DNA from: Candidatus Nomurabacteria bacterium
GTDB lineage: Bacteria > Patescibacteriota > Saccharimonadia > Saccharimonadales > VXPC01
Reading direction: 5' to 3'
DNA: 64,000 nucleotides
Assembly (NCBI GenBank): GCA_020631905.1
Contig: JACKGQ010000001.1
Location: forward strand, 485,854 to 549,853
Part shown: one piece after another, positions 18,401 to 27,869 of the stretch
Layout of the letters: the number at the start of each line of letters is the position of its first letter
Numbering within the stretch: position 1 is the stretch's first letter
Notes under the pieces: model-generated
Database searches by the model: none
What the model was told of the DNA's origin: nothing
What the model saw: only the letters and a program-made list of their open reading frames with translations
Position numbers and translations under genes: made by a program

Positions 18401-18751
18401 GCGGCCATTCCCTCTCACTTCTTCTAAATTGTCTGACTTTGGGTAGTCAAACACTTTAATAATCCTAGGCCTTTTCTATACGAACATATTGATATGATTT
18501 ATCTCCGAGAAAAGTCAAAAGATCTATACGCTGGTGCAGTCAACTTCTTGCCCGAGCGAGTATGGCTGGCACAGACCCAGCTAGATTTGCTATAAAACGT
18601 TTTATAGAATCCACGACCCCTGAAGACATAATACTGCTAGTTGCTGCCTATTTGCTTGAGTCGACGATACTTCATATTGAATTCCCCAAACAAATGCACG
18701 CTTTTGATTGTCACGATCCGATTAATCAACAGATACTTGACTGTAGCGACG

Positions 18752-19405
18752 TTAGTCCGTAAGTATTTTCCAGCCGGCCAGCGGAATCTCGACCAGGTTA
18801 TAGCCTGCTAACTGAGTTCGATGCAGCGAGACTACGGTGTAACCAAGTTTATCAAAAGTACGCCGAATCTGGCGGTTGCGGCCTTCGCTAAGCTTAACCT
18901 CCCATGCCCTTCCCTTGCCTGTAATTATCATTCTGCTTAGACGTGAATCTCCGATATCAACCCCCAGTTTTACTTGGGCTTCGGCCTGCTTACTTAGCGG
19001 TTTATCGAGTTCTACTTGATAGATCTTTTGACCGCCCTTGCTAGGGTGGCTGAGTTTCTGAATTAGATCACCATTGTTACTCAATACCACTAAGCCAGAG
19101 CTATCTTTGTCGAGTCGACCAGCAATCTTTAGGTGACGGTAAGTTTCGGGCAACAGATCATAAACGGTCTGACTTCCCTGCCCGTCGCGGCTGCATACAT
19201 AACCCATTGGCTTATTAAGTAAGATTGTTGGAGCTTTTTGGTCTAACTTTTTGTAACCATCGACTTCGACAATGTCTAGGTCTGTTACGTCTTGACCGAC
19301 TCGTACTCTCGAGCCGTTTACCATCACTCGCTCTTGTTCGACTAAACTATCGGCAGTACGCCGAGACACGCCAAAATTAAGTGCAATATACTTGTTAACT
19401 CGCAT
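18752..19405 (-). CDS. RsuA/RluB-family pseudouridine synthase
   Basis: N-terminal S4 domain (MRVNKYIALNFGVSRRTADSLV) and catalytic GRLDKDSSGLVVLSNNG. Confidence 0.85.
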   Translation of the reverse strand: MRVNKYIALNFGVSRRTADSLVEQERVMVNGSRVRVGQDVTDLDIVEVDGYKKLDQKAPTILLNKPMGYVCSRDGQGSQTVYDLLPETYRHLKIAGRLDKDSSGLVVLSNNGDLIQKLSHPSKGGQKIYQVELDKPLSKQAEAQVKLGVDIGDSRLSRMIITGKGRAWEVKLSEGRNRQIRRTFDKLGYTVVSLHRTQLAGYNLVEIPLAGWKILTD

Positions 19406-19439
19406 TATGATTTAGTTTATTGGTAATTCTAGGTAATTA

Positions 19440-20630
19440 CTAGAGGGCAATTGCGTTTGGATCGGTCTCTTCGGCTTCTTCTTCTGGCTCGGGGAGTGTG
19501 TATTTATCCGGTTGGGTGGGTGCTTGTGGAACATTGGTTGGCTCGGCCGGATCGCTGACTGGTATATTAACCGCAGTTGAAACTTCAGGGGTTGGCGGTT
19601 CGGCTGGTTCCTCTACCACAGCCACTTCGGGCATGACTGGTATCTGAGTTGCAACTGGCGTAGCTTGAGCGGCAGCTTCTTTTTCTGCTTCTGCTGCCAC
19701 CAATTGGTTGATGTCTGGCGTGCTACTCTGGAGTGGTTCGATTACCCTTTTTATACTTGAATTGGCTGGTTCAGAGGGTGATTCTTCGGGGTCTCTAGAA
19801 GTGCTAACAACTTCAATTGTTGTGGCCACTGGGGCTTCGTGTGGGGCCGTAGTCAGGTCTGTCTGGATAGCTTGCTCTACCTGAGCGCCCATTTCCTGAC
19901 GTTCCTGATCGCTAGTAATTGCCTGGGTTTCAGTTTCGGCGGCAACCATATCGTTATCTAGGTTTGTAGACGGCAAGTCTGGAGATGGTTCCTCGGCAGC
20001 TTGGGTGGGCTCGACGGCGACTTCTACAGGCTGTGCATCTGATATCTGACTGTCATCGCTAGTAGTGGCTGGGGCGATAGCTGGTAACTGATCTTCTACG
20101 GCTGGAGCAACTTGACTGTCGTCTGTTTGATCGGTCGCCTGAGTATTATCATCTGGTATCTGAGCATCGTCATTGACAGTTGTAGTAGCTGTAGAGTTGT
20201 CATCGGATCCTGAATCGTCGCTAGTCGTAGCCGTAGGCTGAGTAGTGGCTGGTTCGTCGCCAAGTAATTCGTGAACCACACGTGCTACGTCTTCTAGGGT
20301 TACCTGCGACTTAACTAGGTACTTGTCTGCTCCGAGTTCGCTAGCTCGCGACTTGTCCTCGGCTTGGCTCAGCGCTGTCATCATAATCACCTTGGTATCT
20401 TTCGTTTCAGGGGTTGAGCGCAGGATATCGAGCATATCGAAACCACTAATTTTAGGCATCATAACATCACTAATAATCAGATCAGGCTTTTCTTTGACGG
20501 CCATTGCAAGTGCCGCCTCACCGTCTTGAGCGGCAACAATCTCGTAACCTTCGGCCATTAGACGTGCGCCATAAATCTCTCTCAAATTTGTGTCGTCTTC
20601 AACGAGCATAATCTTCTTGCTCATAGGCAA
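19440..20630 (-). CDS. Response regulator: receiver domain plus a ~270-aa acidic Pro/Thr/Ala-rich tail, with no output domain
   Basis: REC signature LVEDD...DLIISDVMMPKISGFD...KVIMMTAL...KYLVK. The remainder is low complexity. Confidence 0.8.
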   Translation of the reverse strand: MPMSKKIMLVEDDTNLREIYGARLMAEGYEIVAAQDGEAALAMAVKEKPDLIISDVMMPKISGFDMLDILRSTPETKDTKVIMMTALSQAEDKSRASELGADKYLVKSQVTLEDVARVVHELLGDEPATTQPTATTSDDSGSDDNSTATTTVNDDAQIPDDNTQATDQTDDSQVAPAVEDQLPAIAPATTSDDSQISDAQPVEVAVEPTQAAEEPSPDLPSTNLDNDMVAAETETQAITSDQERQEMGAQVEQAIQTDLTTAPHEAPVATTIEVVSTSRDPEESPSEPANSSIKRVIEPLQSSTPDINQLVAAEAEKEAAAQATPVATQIPVMPEVAVVEEPAEPPTPEVSTAVNIPVSDPAEPTNVPQAPTQPDKYTLPEPEEEAEETDPNAIAL

Positions 20631-20690
20631 CCCCCTGTGTGTTGACGTGATTTCATTAGCATAAAGTATACCATAAGCGTAAAAATCAAA

Positions 20691-21926
20691 TTATATATTA
20701 CCAGTCTTTGGCTGGGTTGCTGTCTTCGAGAGTTGCCGTTGGGCTTCTTGAGTGCTGAGTCTGGGTAGATTGATATAAAATGTACTGCCGGCTCCAAGCT
20801 GACTCTCTGCCCAAATGCGGCCACCATAAAGTTCCACAATCTTTCGACTAATAAATAATCCTAGCCCTGTCCCACCAATTGTTCGGGTGGATGAGTTGTC
20901 TACTCTATAAAACTTCTGGAATAGGTGCGGTAGATCTTCTGCCGGTATACCTGGTCCGGTGTCGCGGACACTAATCTGGACAACTTTTTCGTTACCAGTT
21001 AGCGCCAGAGTTATTTTGCCGTTCTCGGTGTACTTGACGGCGTTATCGAAGATATTAGTAATCACCTCGCGCATCCTATCTGGGTCGACCAGCGCATAAT
21101 ACAACGGACTGACTACTTTGGTGCCGCCTTCTGGTGTGTCGGCTGAAGGGGCCGCATGACTGCCATTGCCGAGTAAAAATTCGGTGACGAGGCTTTTCTT
21201 TTCGGCGGAGAACTTAAAACTGTCTGCCAGCTCTTGTAAGAAAGCGCCCATATCAGTGACACTAGGATGATTGGTTAGACGGCCATCTTCGCTTTTGGCT
21301 GCGGTAAGTAGGTCTTGGAAGAGCTTGCCAAGATGTTCGGTACTGGAGTGCGCTTTGTCGAGATATTCGCGAGCCTTACTATCGATCTTGCAGACTGCAT
21401 CGTTCATGGCGAGGGCCAAATAGCCTTCGATCGCAGCAACTGGCGTACGCATTTCGTGACTAGCAGTGCTAATAAACTCGGCTCGTTGCGATTCTTCTGA
21501 ACGCTCTTTAGAGACATCTCTAAAAACCGCGACTGCGCCCTCGACTTGACCACTCTGGTTCATCAGTGGCGAACAACTAATGAATATAGCAATATGTTTC
21601 TGACTGCTGGTGCGTAGAGCCACTTGGTTATCTCGGACTACCTTGGCTTCTTTAAAGACTCGCAAAACTGGATTATTGACTTCTGGGTAAGCTTGACCAT
21701 CTTTATCGACGAACTGGAGGACGGTTGCAAAATTTAGGCTCGTGGCATCTTTGGCGCTCCAGCCAGTTATATTCTCGGCACCAGGGTTTAGGGTTAAGAT
21801 TGTGCCTTGGGAATCAATCAGAACAACTCCATCTTCTATAGAGTTTAAAATGATATCGCTCTTTAGTTTTTCGTTTTGTAAACTACTTGCCGATACCGAA
21901 CCAGGTTTAGATTTCTTAAAAAACAT
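20691..21926 (-). CDS. PAS-domain sensor histidine kinase
   Basis: H-box FISTASHEMRTPVAAIEGY and the HATPase N/G boxes (NAVKYT, DTGPGI, GGTGLGL). Confidence 0.85.
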   Translation of the reverse strand: MFFKKSKPGSVSASSLQNEKLKSDIILNSIEDGVVLIDSQGTILTLNPGAENITGWSAKDATSLNFATVLQFVDKDGQAYPEVNNPVLRVFKEAKVVRDNQVALRTSSQKHIAIFISCSPLMNQSGQVEGAVAVFRDVSKERSEESQRAEFISTASHEMRTPVAAIEGYLALAMNDAVCKIDSKAREYLDKAHSSTEHLGKLFQDLLTAAKSEDGRLTNHPSVTDMGAFLQELADSFKFSAEKKSLVTEFLLGNGSHAAPSADTPEGGTKVVSPLYYALVDPDRMREVITNIFDNAVKYTENGKITLALTGNEKVVQISVRDTGPGIPAEDLPHLFQKFYRVDNSSTRTIGGTGLGLFISRKIVELYGGRIWAESQLGAGSTFYINLPRLSTQEAQRQLSKTATQPKTGNI

Positions 21927-22009
21927 CCCCTAACCCACCAATACTACAGCTGATCTTCATAAGCATTTTCAGGCTCTATTATGGGCGAAGTAGGTGTCGA
22001 ATGCAACAT

Positions 22010-22990
22010 CTAGAGCTTACGGATTTCAGCTCTTTGGGCACGAGCCTCTGAAACCATGCGTTCAGTGTAACGTTGCATTGCCAGTAAGCTACAAGCGTTG
22101 GTATCAAACAGAACTTGACGAGCTTCCCCTTTATCGGCCTGGCCTTGACTATAGGCTATCGCACCTGCCCCGATCCGACCATAACGATAATGATTCTCGC
22201 CGGATACCTCGTCTCTGGCTTGGCGATATGTCATGTTGCCTTCTAGGATATAAGCGTTTATCGTGTGTTCAAGAATGCCTGGGTGATCCCAGTAGCGAAT
22301 AGCATCTGGCTCTGGCTTGACCGGGTCGTTACCGCGACTTTCATCTTGGTGCCGACGTTCGACTAATTCGTGGACTTTCGCGACTATATATTCTTCCTTC
22401 GCGTCTTCATCGAGGGTTGGCAAACCTTTATCTTCGAGCTCTGCAAGATGTCTCGCTAGTTCTCGGTTGGCGGCTTCGTTGTCACTACAAACAAAAAAGG
22501 TACGTTGAATTATTTCTAGACCCTCAACCTGACGAGCTACGGCGGCCAAGTTTCGGCCATCGAGTATAACCATCGAAATACCATCGTCGGCAACCATTCT
22601 AGTTAAGTCGTCCCTAAACCTGGATTTAACACCTTCACGAACCGCCACCAATGGAGATACTTTGCCGACAAGTCCAGCTACGTCTCGATCGTATAAGACA
22701 CTTTCTCCATGTACGTTGACGACCCTCTCCATATCGAACGCCATATCTTCGGTCTGTTCTGCAGTTAAACTACTTAAGTTTGTGGCCACATCCGATTCAG
22801 TCATCCCGGGTTCGATCAAGCCAGTCCGTAATGCCAAAAACGTAATGGCTCGATACAACTTGCCTGTTTCGGCAGTTCGAGTTCTTGGGAAAACACGTTC
22901 GAGATGCTTGGCACTAGTACCTTTTCCCGAACGAGGACTCCCATCAAATTCAACTGCGATTAGGCCAGTTTCGGTGGTAGTTTGTCTCAT
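22010..22990 (-). CDS. Divergent cytidylate-kinase-like P-loop protein with a C-terminal extension
   Basis: FDGSPRSGKGTSAKHL...GKLYRA and ILDGRN resemble CMK motifs. About 55% GC. Confidence 0.45.
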   Translation of the reverse strand: MRQTTTETGLIAVEFDGSPRSGKGTSAKHLERVFPRTRTAETGKLYRAITFLALRTGLIEPGMTESDVATNLSSLTAEQTEDMAFDMERVVNVHGESVLYDRDVAGLVGKVSPLVAVREGVKSRFRDDLTRMVADDGISMVILDGRNLAAVARQVEGLEIIQRTFFVCSDNEAANRELARHLAELEDKGLPTLDEDAKEEYIVAKVHELVERRHQDESRGNDPVKPEPDAIRYWDHPGILEHTINAYILEGNMTYRQARDEVSGENHYRYGRIGAGAIAYSQGQADKGEARQVLFDTNACSLLAMQRYTERMVSEARAQRAEIRKL

Positions 22991-23101
22991 TACACATATT
23001 TAAGACTAGCTTTTAAAACTTCGCAAGCATAGGCGTTACAGTTTTTAGTGAAAAAGTCTTCACTGATTTAAGCAAATCCTAATCTTAAAGTAGGGTTTAC
23101 T

Positions 23102-23827
23102 ATGAGTACAACATTTTTCAAACATTTTGATTTACCAGTTAAACATCTCGACGAAGGCTACGATTACGTTCCACCAAAAGCTCGAGATTTAGCCGAGATC
23201 GAACGCCGACGAGCCTTACCGGCTGGTTCGGTGCTGGCCGAGGCGCAGCTGCGCGGTATCGAGACCGCCGCAAGAGTGATTGACTACTGTGCCGAGCACG
23301 ACGACGGTGAGTTCTCGGCACGAGTTTTGGCAGCCACAGCAATGAATACAGCTTGGTACAACTTAGCTCGCGATGCCGAGCGGGTTATGCGTCGGCGACT
23401 GTATTTGCCAATTCACGGCCGCACAGAGCCAATTACAAGAGTTACGTTGTTGACTCGGTCCAGTGAACGGATGCAGTTTGCCCGCGAGATGGCCGCCAGA
23501 CACAAGATATCTGTCGAAGGTAAACATTGTACAGCTCTCAAGCATCAGCGAGAACTTGGACTTCGGCTTGGCAACACTTCTCTATTTTTGGCGGCTGTAG
23601 AAATGGCCCCAGAAATCGAGATGGCTCGTGGCGAAACAGCCTTAGCGCAACGGATTACCCGCAGTGCTGCGCTAGAGGCGCTCGAGCAATCACGCAACTT
23701 GTATGCCGAGATTGGCGCCAACCCTACCCTCGCTCAACTGGCCGATGTTGATAGCCCGTTAAGTGTTTACTGGCGCCGCAACGGTAGCAACGAAGCCGTC
23801 AATGCCCTCGAGAACGCCATATCCTAG
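23102..23827 (+). CDS. Hypothetical protein (orphan, Arg/Ala-rich helical)
   Basis: ORF only. Divergent to the CMK-like gene, with elevated GC. Confidence 0.5.
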   Translation: MSTTFFKHFDLPVKHLDEGYDYVPPKARDLAEIERRRALPAGSVLAEAQLRGIETAARVIDYCAEHDDGEFSARVLAATAMNTAWYNLARDAERVMRRRLYLPIHGRTEPITRVTLLTRSSERMQFAREMAARHKISVEGKHCTALKHQRELGLRLGNTSLFLAAVEMAPEIEMARGETALAQRITRSAALEALEQSRNLYAEIGANPTLAQLADVDSPLSVYWRRNGSNEAVNALENAIS

Positions 23828-23836
23828 TCAATCAGA

Positions 23837-24496
23837 CTAGAGGTTGAAAGTTTTTTGAATAAAGAAGAGTTGGTTATCTGCAAGTTTGTCGACCAAAACT
23901 GGCATGTTTGGCAGCATGTCGGGTGAGTTAAAATCCGGACCTTCTGCCCAAAAGTATTCTGCATGTGAATGACTTGGTTGCAGCTGCCCGCTAATATCTT
24001 GGCTATAGAGCAGCACAAAGTGCGTAAAACTCTCTAGGTTTTCCCTCGACCACATCTCAAAGATGCCACTACCTTTTACTGCAAAGTCGGCTGTTAATCC
24101 GGTTTTGGACAGTAGCTCTTGGCTAGCAGCCGTCTCTAGGCTATTGCCGATCACTGGCGATGCGTGCATAAAACCAATTCGGTCTTTTAATGGATGCACG
24201 AGTCGTTTGTAAAGTAGCCAAGGTCCATTAGCTCCAGCGCGAACTGCTAGGAACAAAATAGTATGAGCTTGCGGCCCAGATTTGGCGACGGTTAAATTAC
24301 GTATACCTACTTGCCTACCGACAGCAGTTAAAGTGTAATTACCGGTTTGGTCTTTCTCGACCAATTTATCTCGTAGCAACTGCTTTAGATGGTAGTCGAA
24401 CAACTTATTCTCGTATTCGTCTGGTTTGAGCTCGCTAAAGCGCAGGCTATCGTTAAAAGCCAGACGCATAAGTATCTTCTGCTGAATATGATGCAT
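23837..24496 (-). CDS. Winged-helix N-terminal domain protein, possibly with a NUDIX-like C-terminus
   Basis: IQQKILMRLAFNDSLRFSELKP...YHLKQLLRDKLVEK looks like a wHTH. The C-terminal assignment is weak. Confidence 0.35.
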   Translation of the reverse strand: MHHIQQKILMRLAFNDSLRFSELKPDEYENKLFDYHLKQLLRDKLVEKDQTGNYTLTAVGRQVGIRNLTVAKSGPQAHTILFLAVRAGANGPWLLYKRLVHPLKDRIGFMHASPVIGNSLETAASQELLSKTGLTADFAVKGSGIFEMWSRENLESFTHFVLLYSQDISGQLQPSHSHAEYFWAEGPDFNSPDMLPNMPVLVDKLADNQLFFIQKTFNL

Positions 24497-24598
24497 AGCC
24501 TATTCTATGCTCTTTACATGGGTTTCCTCAACCTTGTATTTAGAATAATTGCTACCTCTACATTACTCGTCTTTGTAGATGCTATAATCTAGGCTCTT

Positions 24599-25564
24599 GT
24601 GAATCACCTTGTTATTTTCTCTTTATCAACTGTCTTAATCGGACTATCGGCAATCTGCTCTGGTCTGAATGTCGCACTGATGGCTCTAGACTTAAGCGAC
24701 TTGCGTCGCCAGGCAAAGCTCGGCAACAGAGACGCTCGCAAGGCATTAAGTTTACGCGAAAAGACTCATTTAAGCTTGGCGAGCATTCTACTCACAAATG
24801 TTGCAGTTATCTCGGCTTCGTCGTTAGTTTTATCAAGTGTTTTAAATGGCTTTGTAGCCGGCATCACCAGTACTCTGCTAATTGTTATTTTTGGAGAAAT
24901 CTTACCGCAAGCTTTTGCAATTAAGCACTCACTCAAGGCGATAGCACTTTTTGCCCCTGTGTTGCGAGTTATGACAATCTTCGCATACCCTGTCGCAAAG
25001 CCGTTGCAGCTACTCCTAGATAAGTTAATCGGTCCAATCGAGCCGGATCTACATTCGCGCCACGAGCTTGGCTTGATAATCGCCGAGCATCTTGATCATG
25101 ATGCATCGGAGCTGGACGACGACGAAGTTGAGATTGTTCAGAACGCCCTTCAGCTTAGTGAACGCCGCGTCCGTGAAGTTATGACCCCTGTCGACGAAGT
25201 CTATTACCTATTAGAGACAGATGTAATCGATGCTCACAAAATCGATGAAATGAAAGCCGAGAACTACTCTAGAGTCCCGATTTTTAATAGCAGTAAGACA
25301 GAGTGTAAGCGACTACTCGTCTTAAAAGACTTAGTCGATATAGATTTTGATGCACGGAGCTATAGTCTCGACGAGCTAATTACATATCCGGTTAAGACCA
25401 TTGGCTCGATGACCGCCCTCGACACAATGATACGCAGGTTTATTTCCACACGGACTCATCTGATGGCAGTTGAGCGCCACCAGGCAATAATTGGGATTAT
25501 TACCATCGAAGATCTGATCGAGTCTATTATTGGCCACGAAATCGAAGACGAAACCGACAAATAG
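24599..25564 (+). CDS. CNNM/DUF21 transmembrane domain plus CBS-pair protein (CorC/TlyC-like)
   Basis: FGEILPQAF motif, 3-4 TM helices, then a CBS-pair region (VREVMTP...). Confidence 0.8.
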   Translation: MNHLVIFSLSTVLIGLSAICSGLNVALMALDLSDLRRQAKLGNRDARKALSLREKTHLSLASILLTNVAVISASSLVLSSVLNGFVAGITSTLLIVIFGEILPQAFAIKHSLKAIALFAPVLRVMTIFAYPVAKPLQLLLDKLIGPIEPDLHSRHELGLIIAEHLDHDASELDDDEVEIVQNALQLSERRVREVMTPVDEVYYLLETDVIDAHKIDEMKAENYSRVPIFNSSKTECKRLLVLKDLVDIDFDARSYSLDELITYPVKTIGSMTALDTMIRRFISTRTHLMAVERHQAIIGIITIEDLIESIIGHEIEDETDK

Positions 25565-25694
25565 CTGGCGAAAATTCAGGCCAATGCTGATTGAGTCTGC
25601 TTTTTTGTTGAATAAGCACAACCAATATTATAATTGTATATTTACAAAATAACAAAAATAATGTATGGTGCTTGAGTAAATCAAAATGTGTGTT

Positions 25695-27077
25695 TTAAAA
25701 ATAAGCATTTTTTAACCCAACAGAAGGAGAGATTGATGTCGGGAAATAACGAAATAACAGTAGTCGGTGGTGCATGTACAGGTGCAGGCGCAGTTTGCCT
25801 ACCTGCAACAGCTGGTTCTTCAGTTCTACATGATCGAGCCAAATATTGCTTGGACTGTTACCTTGCACGAGCGCACTAGTATTGCTGGGGGTCGAGTTGG
25901 CGGTAATCTTTACGTTTCTGAGCAGTACATTGCTGGCTACCAGGTAAAGATAATTACCGTTGCTGAGGTTGATGTTGTAGTTTTCGACGACGGTCCAGGT
26001 TTTACCGTTTATTTGTTCGGTGTGCGTTGGTACCGAATCCGATCGATAGCTAGAAGATGGCCAAGCTGTGAGGCTTACACCAGCTTCGATGCCCGTGGTG
26101 TAAGCGGTTGGAAACTCTTGGGTGCTGCCACCTGTTCCGGGATCGGTTGTACCTGTATCACCTCCGCCTGTACTGCCACTTGTTCCGGGATCGGTTGTAC
26201 CTGTGTCACCTCCGCCTGTACTACCAGAACCGTCCCCTTGGTCGCTAGGTGTGGTTGCATCGGGGTTATCAATAATTACGCTTAGCGTGGCTTCGGCTTT
26301 ATTACCAGCAGCATCTTTTGCTCGGACAATTATCGTTGCTGGTCCGTTAGGCTGAGTGGTCGTGTCGAGCAGTCCCACCCAGTTGGTCGTACCGGTAGCA
26401 ATTTGCCCGGCGCCACCTGCAAATCGGTAAGTTACACTACTAACCTTCTTGTTATCGTAGGCCTTGCCACTAATTGTAGCGTCGCCCTCTAGCACCTCGC
26501 CACTTTTTGGCATAGTAATACTGATTGTCGGAGCTTCTGTGTCACTTGATGTTTCTGCGTTGGCTGTCGGGTACTCAATTTCAAAGGTATAGCGGGTTCC
26601 TCGCCGACTTAAGCTTTCGACTGCACTTAGCTCGAGATAGTAGTCTCCAGGGGTCACTTTCGATTCGATTGTTACAGGCTCACCCTTTCGTGTGGCTTGA
26701 TAGCTCTCAAGTTCTTCTGCCTCTGAATCCAGTAAACGTAACTTAAAGCGGACCGAATCGGATCGCCGGCCACCGCTGTCTTTAACGGTCACTTTTAGCC
26801 GACCACTAGCGTCTATATGAATTGAATGTGTTCTGATTGGATTTTTCTTATTTAAGCTACCGGATATCGATGTGCCAGCCACAATTCGAAAAGACACAAA
26901 ACCCGCACCTAAAATAACAAGCACTACTATCCCGAAAGTCGTAGGACTATGAAATATCTTATTTAACCACGACTTAAACTTTAAAACGAAAGAGTTCGGT
27001 CCGATTGTTAAATTCTCGATTGATGCTTGATTGTAATCCACACTTGCCCTTACCAAATAATACGTATTATATCTCAT
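25695..27077 (-). CDS. Membrane-anchored surface protein (Ig-like region, Gly/Thr repeats, beginning of a right-handed beta-helix); probably truncated at the 3' end
   Basis: N-terminal TM helix. The beta-helix-like segment NVLLRNVKITAN...IWLDHVEL breaks off into a tail that does not look protein-like (HLYMHHRLLLFRYF). Confidence 0.5.
   Translation of the reverse strand: MRYNTYYLVRASVDYNQASIENLTIGPNSFVLKFKSWLNKIFHSPTTFGIVVLVILGAGFVSFRIVAGTSISGSLNKKNPIRTHSIHIDASGRLKVTVKDSGGRRSDSVRFKLRLLDSEAEELESYQATRKGEPVTIESKVTPGDYYLELSAVESLSRRGTRYTFEIEYPTANAETSSDTEAPTISITMPKSGEVLEGDATISGKAYDNKKVSSVTYRFAGGAGQIATGTTNWVGLLDTTTQPNGPATIIVRAKDAAGNKAEATLSVIIDNPDATTPSDQGDGSGSTGGGDTGTTDPGTSGSTGGGDTGTTDPGTGGSTQEFPTAYTTGIEAGVSLTAWPSSSYRSDSVPTHTEQINGKTWTVVENYNINLSNGNYLYLVASNVLLRNVKITANSTPSNTSALVQGNSPSNIWLDHVELKNQLLQVGKLRLHLYMHHRLLLFRYFPTSISPSVGLKNAYF
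26127..26222. repeat. 2 x 48-bp tandem repeat encoding GSTGGGDTGTTDPGT(S/G)
   Basis: The copies at 26127-26174 and 26175-26222 differ at about 3 positions. Confidence 0.85.
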
Positions 27078-27101
27078 AATGTTTATGCTGGCGAAGAGTA
27101 T

Positions 27102-27365
27102 TTATTCCTGTGACGACGAATGATCAACAATCAGATTATCACCGAATACTTTTCTGTATGTAAATAGTCCATAAACCAAGCTTGCCTGTCCCATAGTAAC
27201 CCACAAGATGGTCATTCGGAACCTATGACCGCTCTCCATAAAGTACAGCTCTGGCAACCGCCAGACAAGCTGATCTGATAGAGCATGCTTGTGGCTAATG
27301 ATTGCTCGTAAGGCGCGTACCATATGAAGATTTGCAAGCTCATCATCTGCTAATACAGCCTGCAA
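27102..27365 (-). CDS. Possible small protein (87 aa, TTG start); doubtful
   Basis: ORF only, with no RBS and no motif. Confidence 0.25.
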   Translation of the reverse strand: MQAVLADDELANLHMVRALRAIISHKHALSDQLVWRLPELYFMESGHRFRMTILWVTMGQASLVYGLFTYRKVFGDNLIVDHSSSQE

Positions 27366-27415
27366 TACGCCAACTTTACAGGAAGGAAAAATGGTGTTTT
27401 CTTCAAGTTAAGTTA

Positions 27416-27444
27416 TTGCTATTTGTGTAGAGTTATTCTATAAT
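27416..27444 (+). promoter_or_regulatory. Promoter TTGCTA-17-TATAAT lying 6 nt before the ATG (leaderless type)
   Basis: -35 at 27416-27421, -10 at 27439-27444, ATG at 27451. Confidence 0.55.
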
Positions 27445-27450
27445 ATAGTA

Positions 27451-27867
27451 ATGATTGCAAGATATTCTGCAGCTGAGATGTTTGGAGCTCCTATAGATAA
27501 CGTTGCGAACGTTAATCTCGAAGATGGTTCACTGATAAGGTTAATGGAGTCTTATGATATCCAGCCGCGCGAGATACCTACTGATCCAACAGACATAACA
27601 CCTTATTACTGGAAGCGTCCCGCATTCCGTTACTTTCTCGCCCTTGCGCATCCAGAGGGTCCGGCCACTGTAGATATGTTGCCTGTGGATGAGGACAGTG
27701 AGAATTATTTACTTCTTGGAGCAGAAGGCTTGGGAGCTGCTGTACAAGCTAGAGTTCGACATATTGAAGTGCCAACTGATCAGCAAGTAGTCGCTATTAT
27801 TGGGCCTGGACCGAGATTTCCAGATAAGCTTAGCGTCCATGAACTAATAGTGAGCGACGAATACTAG
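27451..27867 (+). CDS. Hypothetical protein (138 aa), first gene of an orphan pair
   Basis: Its stop lies 2 nt before the next start. Confidence 0.55.
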   Translation: MIARYSAAEMFGAPIDNVANVNLEDGSLIRLMESYDIQPREIPTDPTDITPYYWKRPAFRYFLALAHPEGPATVDMLPVDEDSENYLLLGAEGLGAAVQARVRHIEVPTDQQVVAIIGPGPRFPDKLSVHELIVSDEY

Positions 27868-27869
27868 TC

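Noticed and set aside
18562-18762. 66-aa ORF between the GC-rich mini-cassette and the pseudouridine synthase gene
   Set aside because: It has no RBS or promoter that I could identify and overlaps the convergent gene end. It is left unannotated, although it cannot be excluded.
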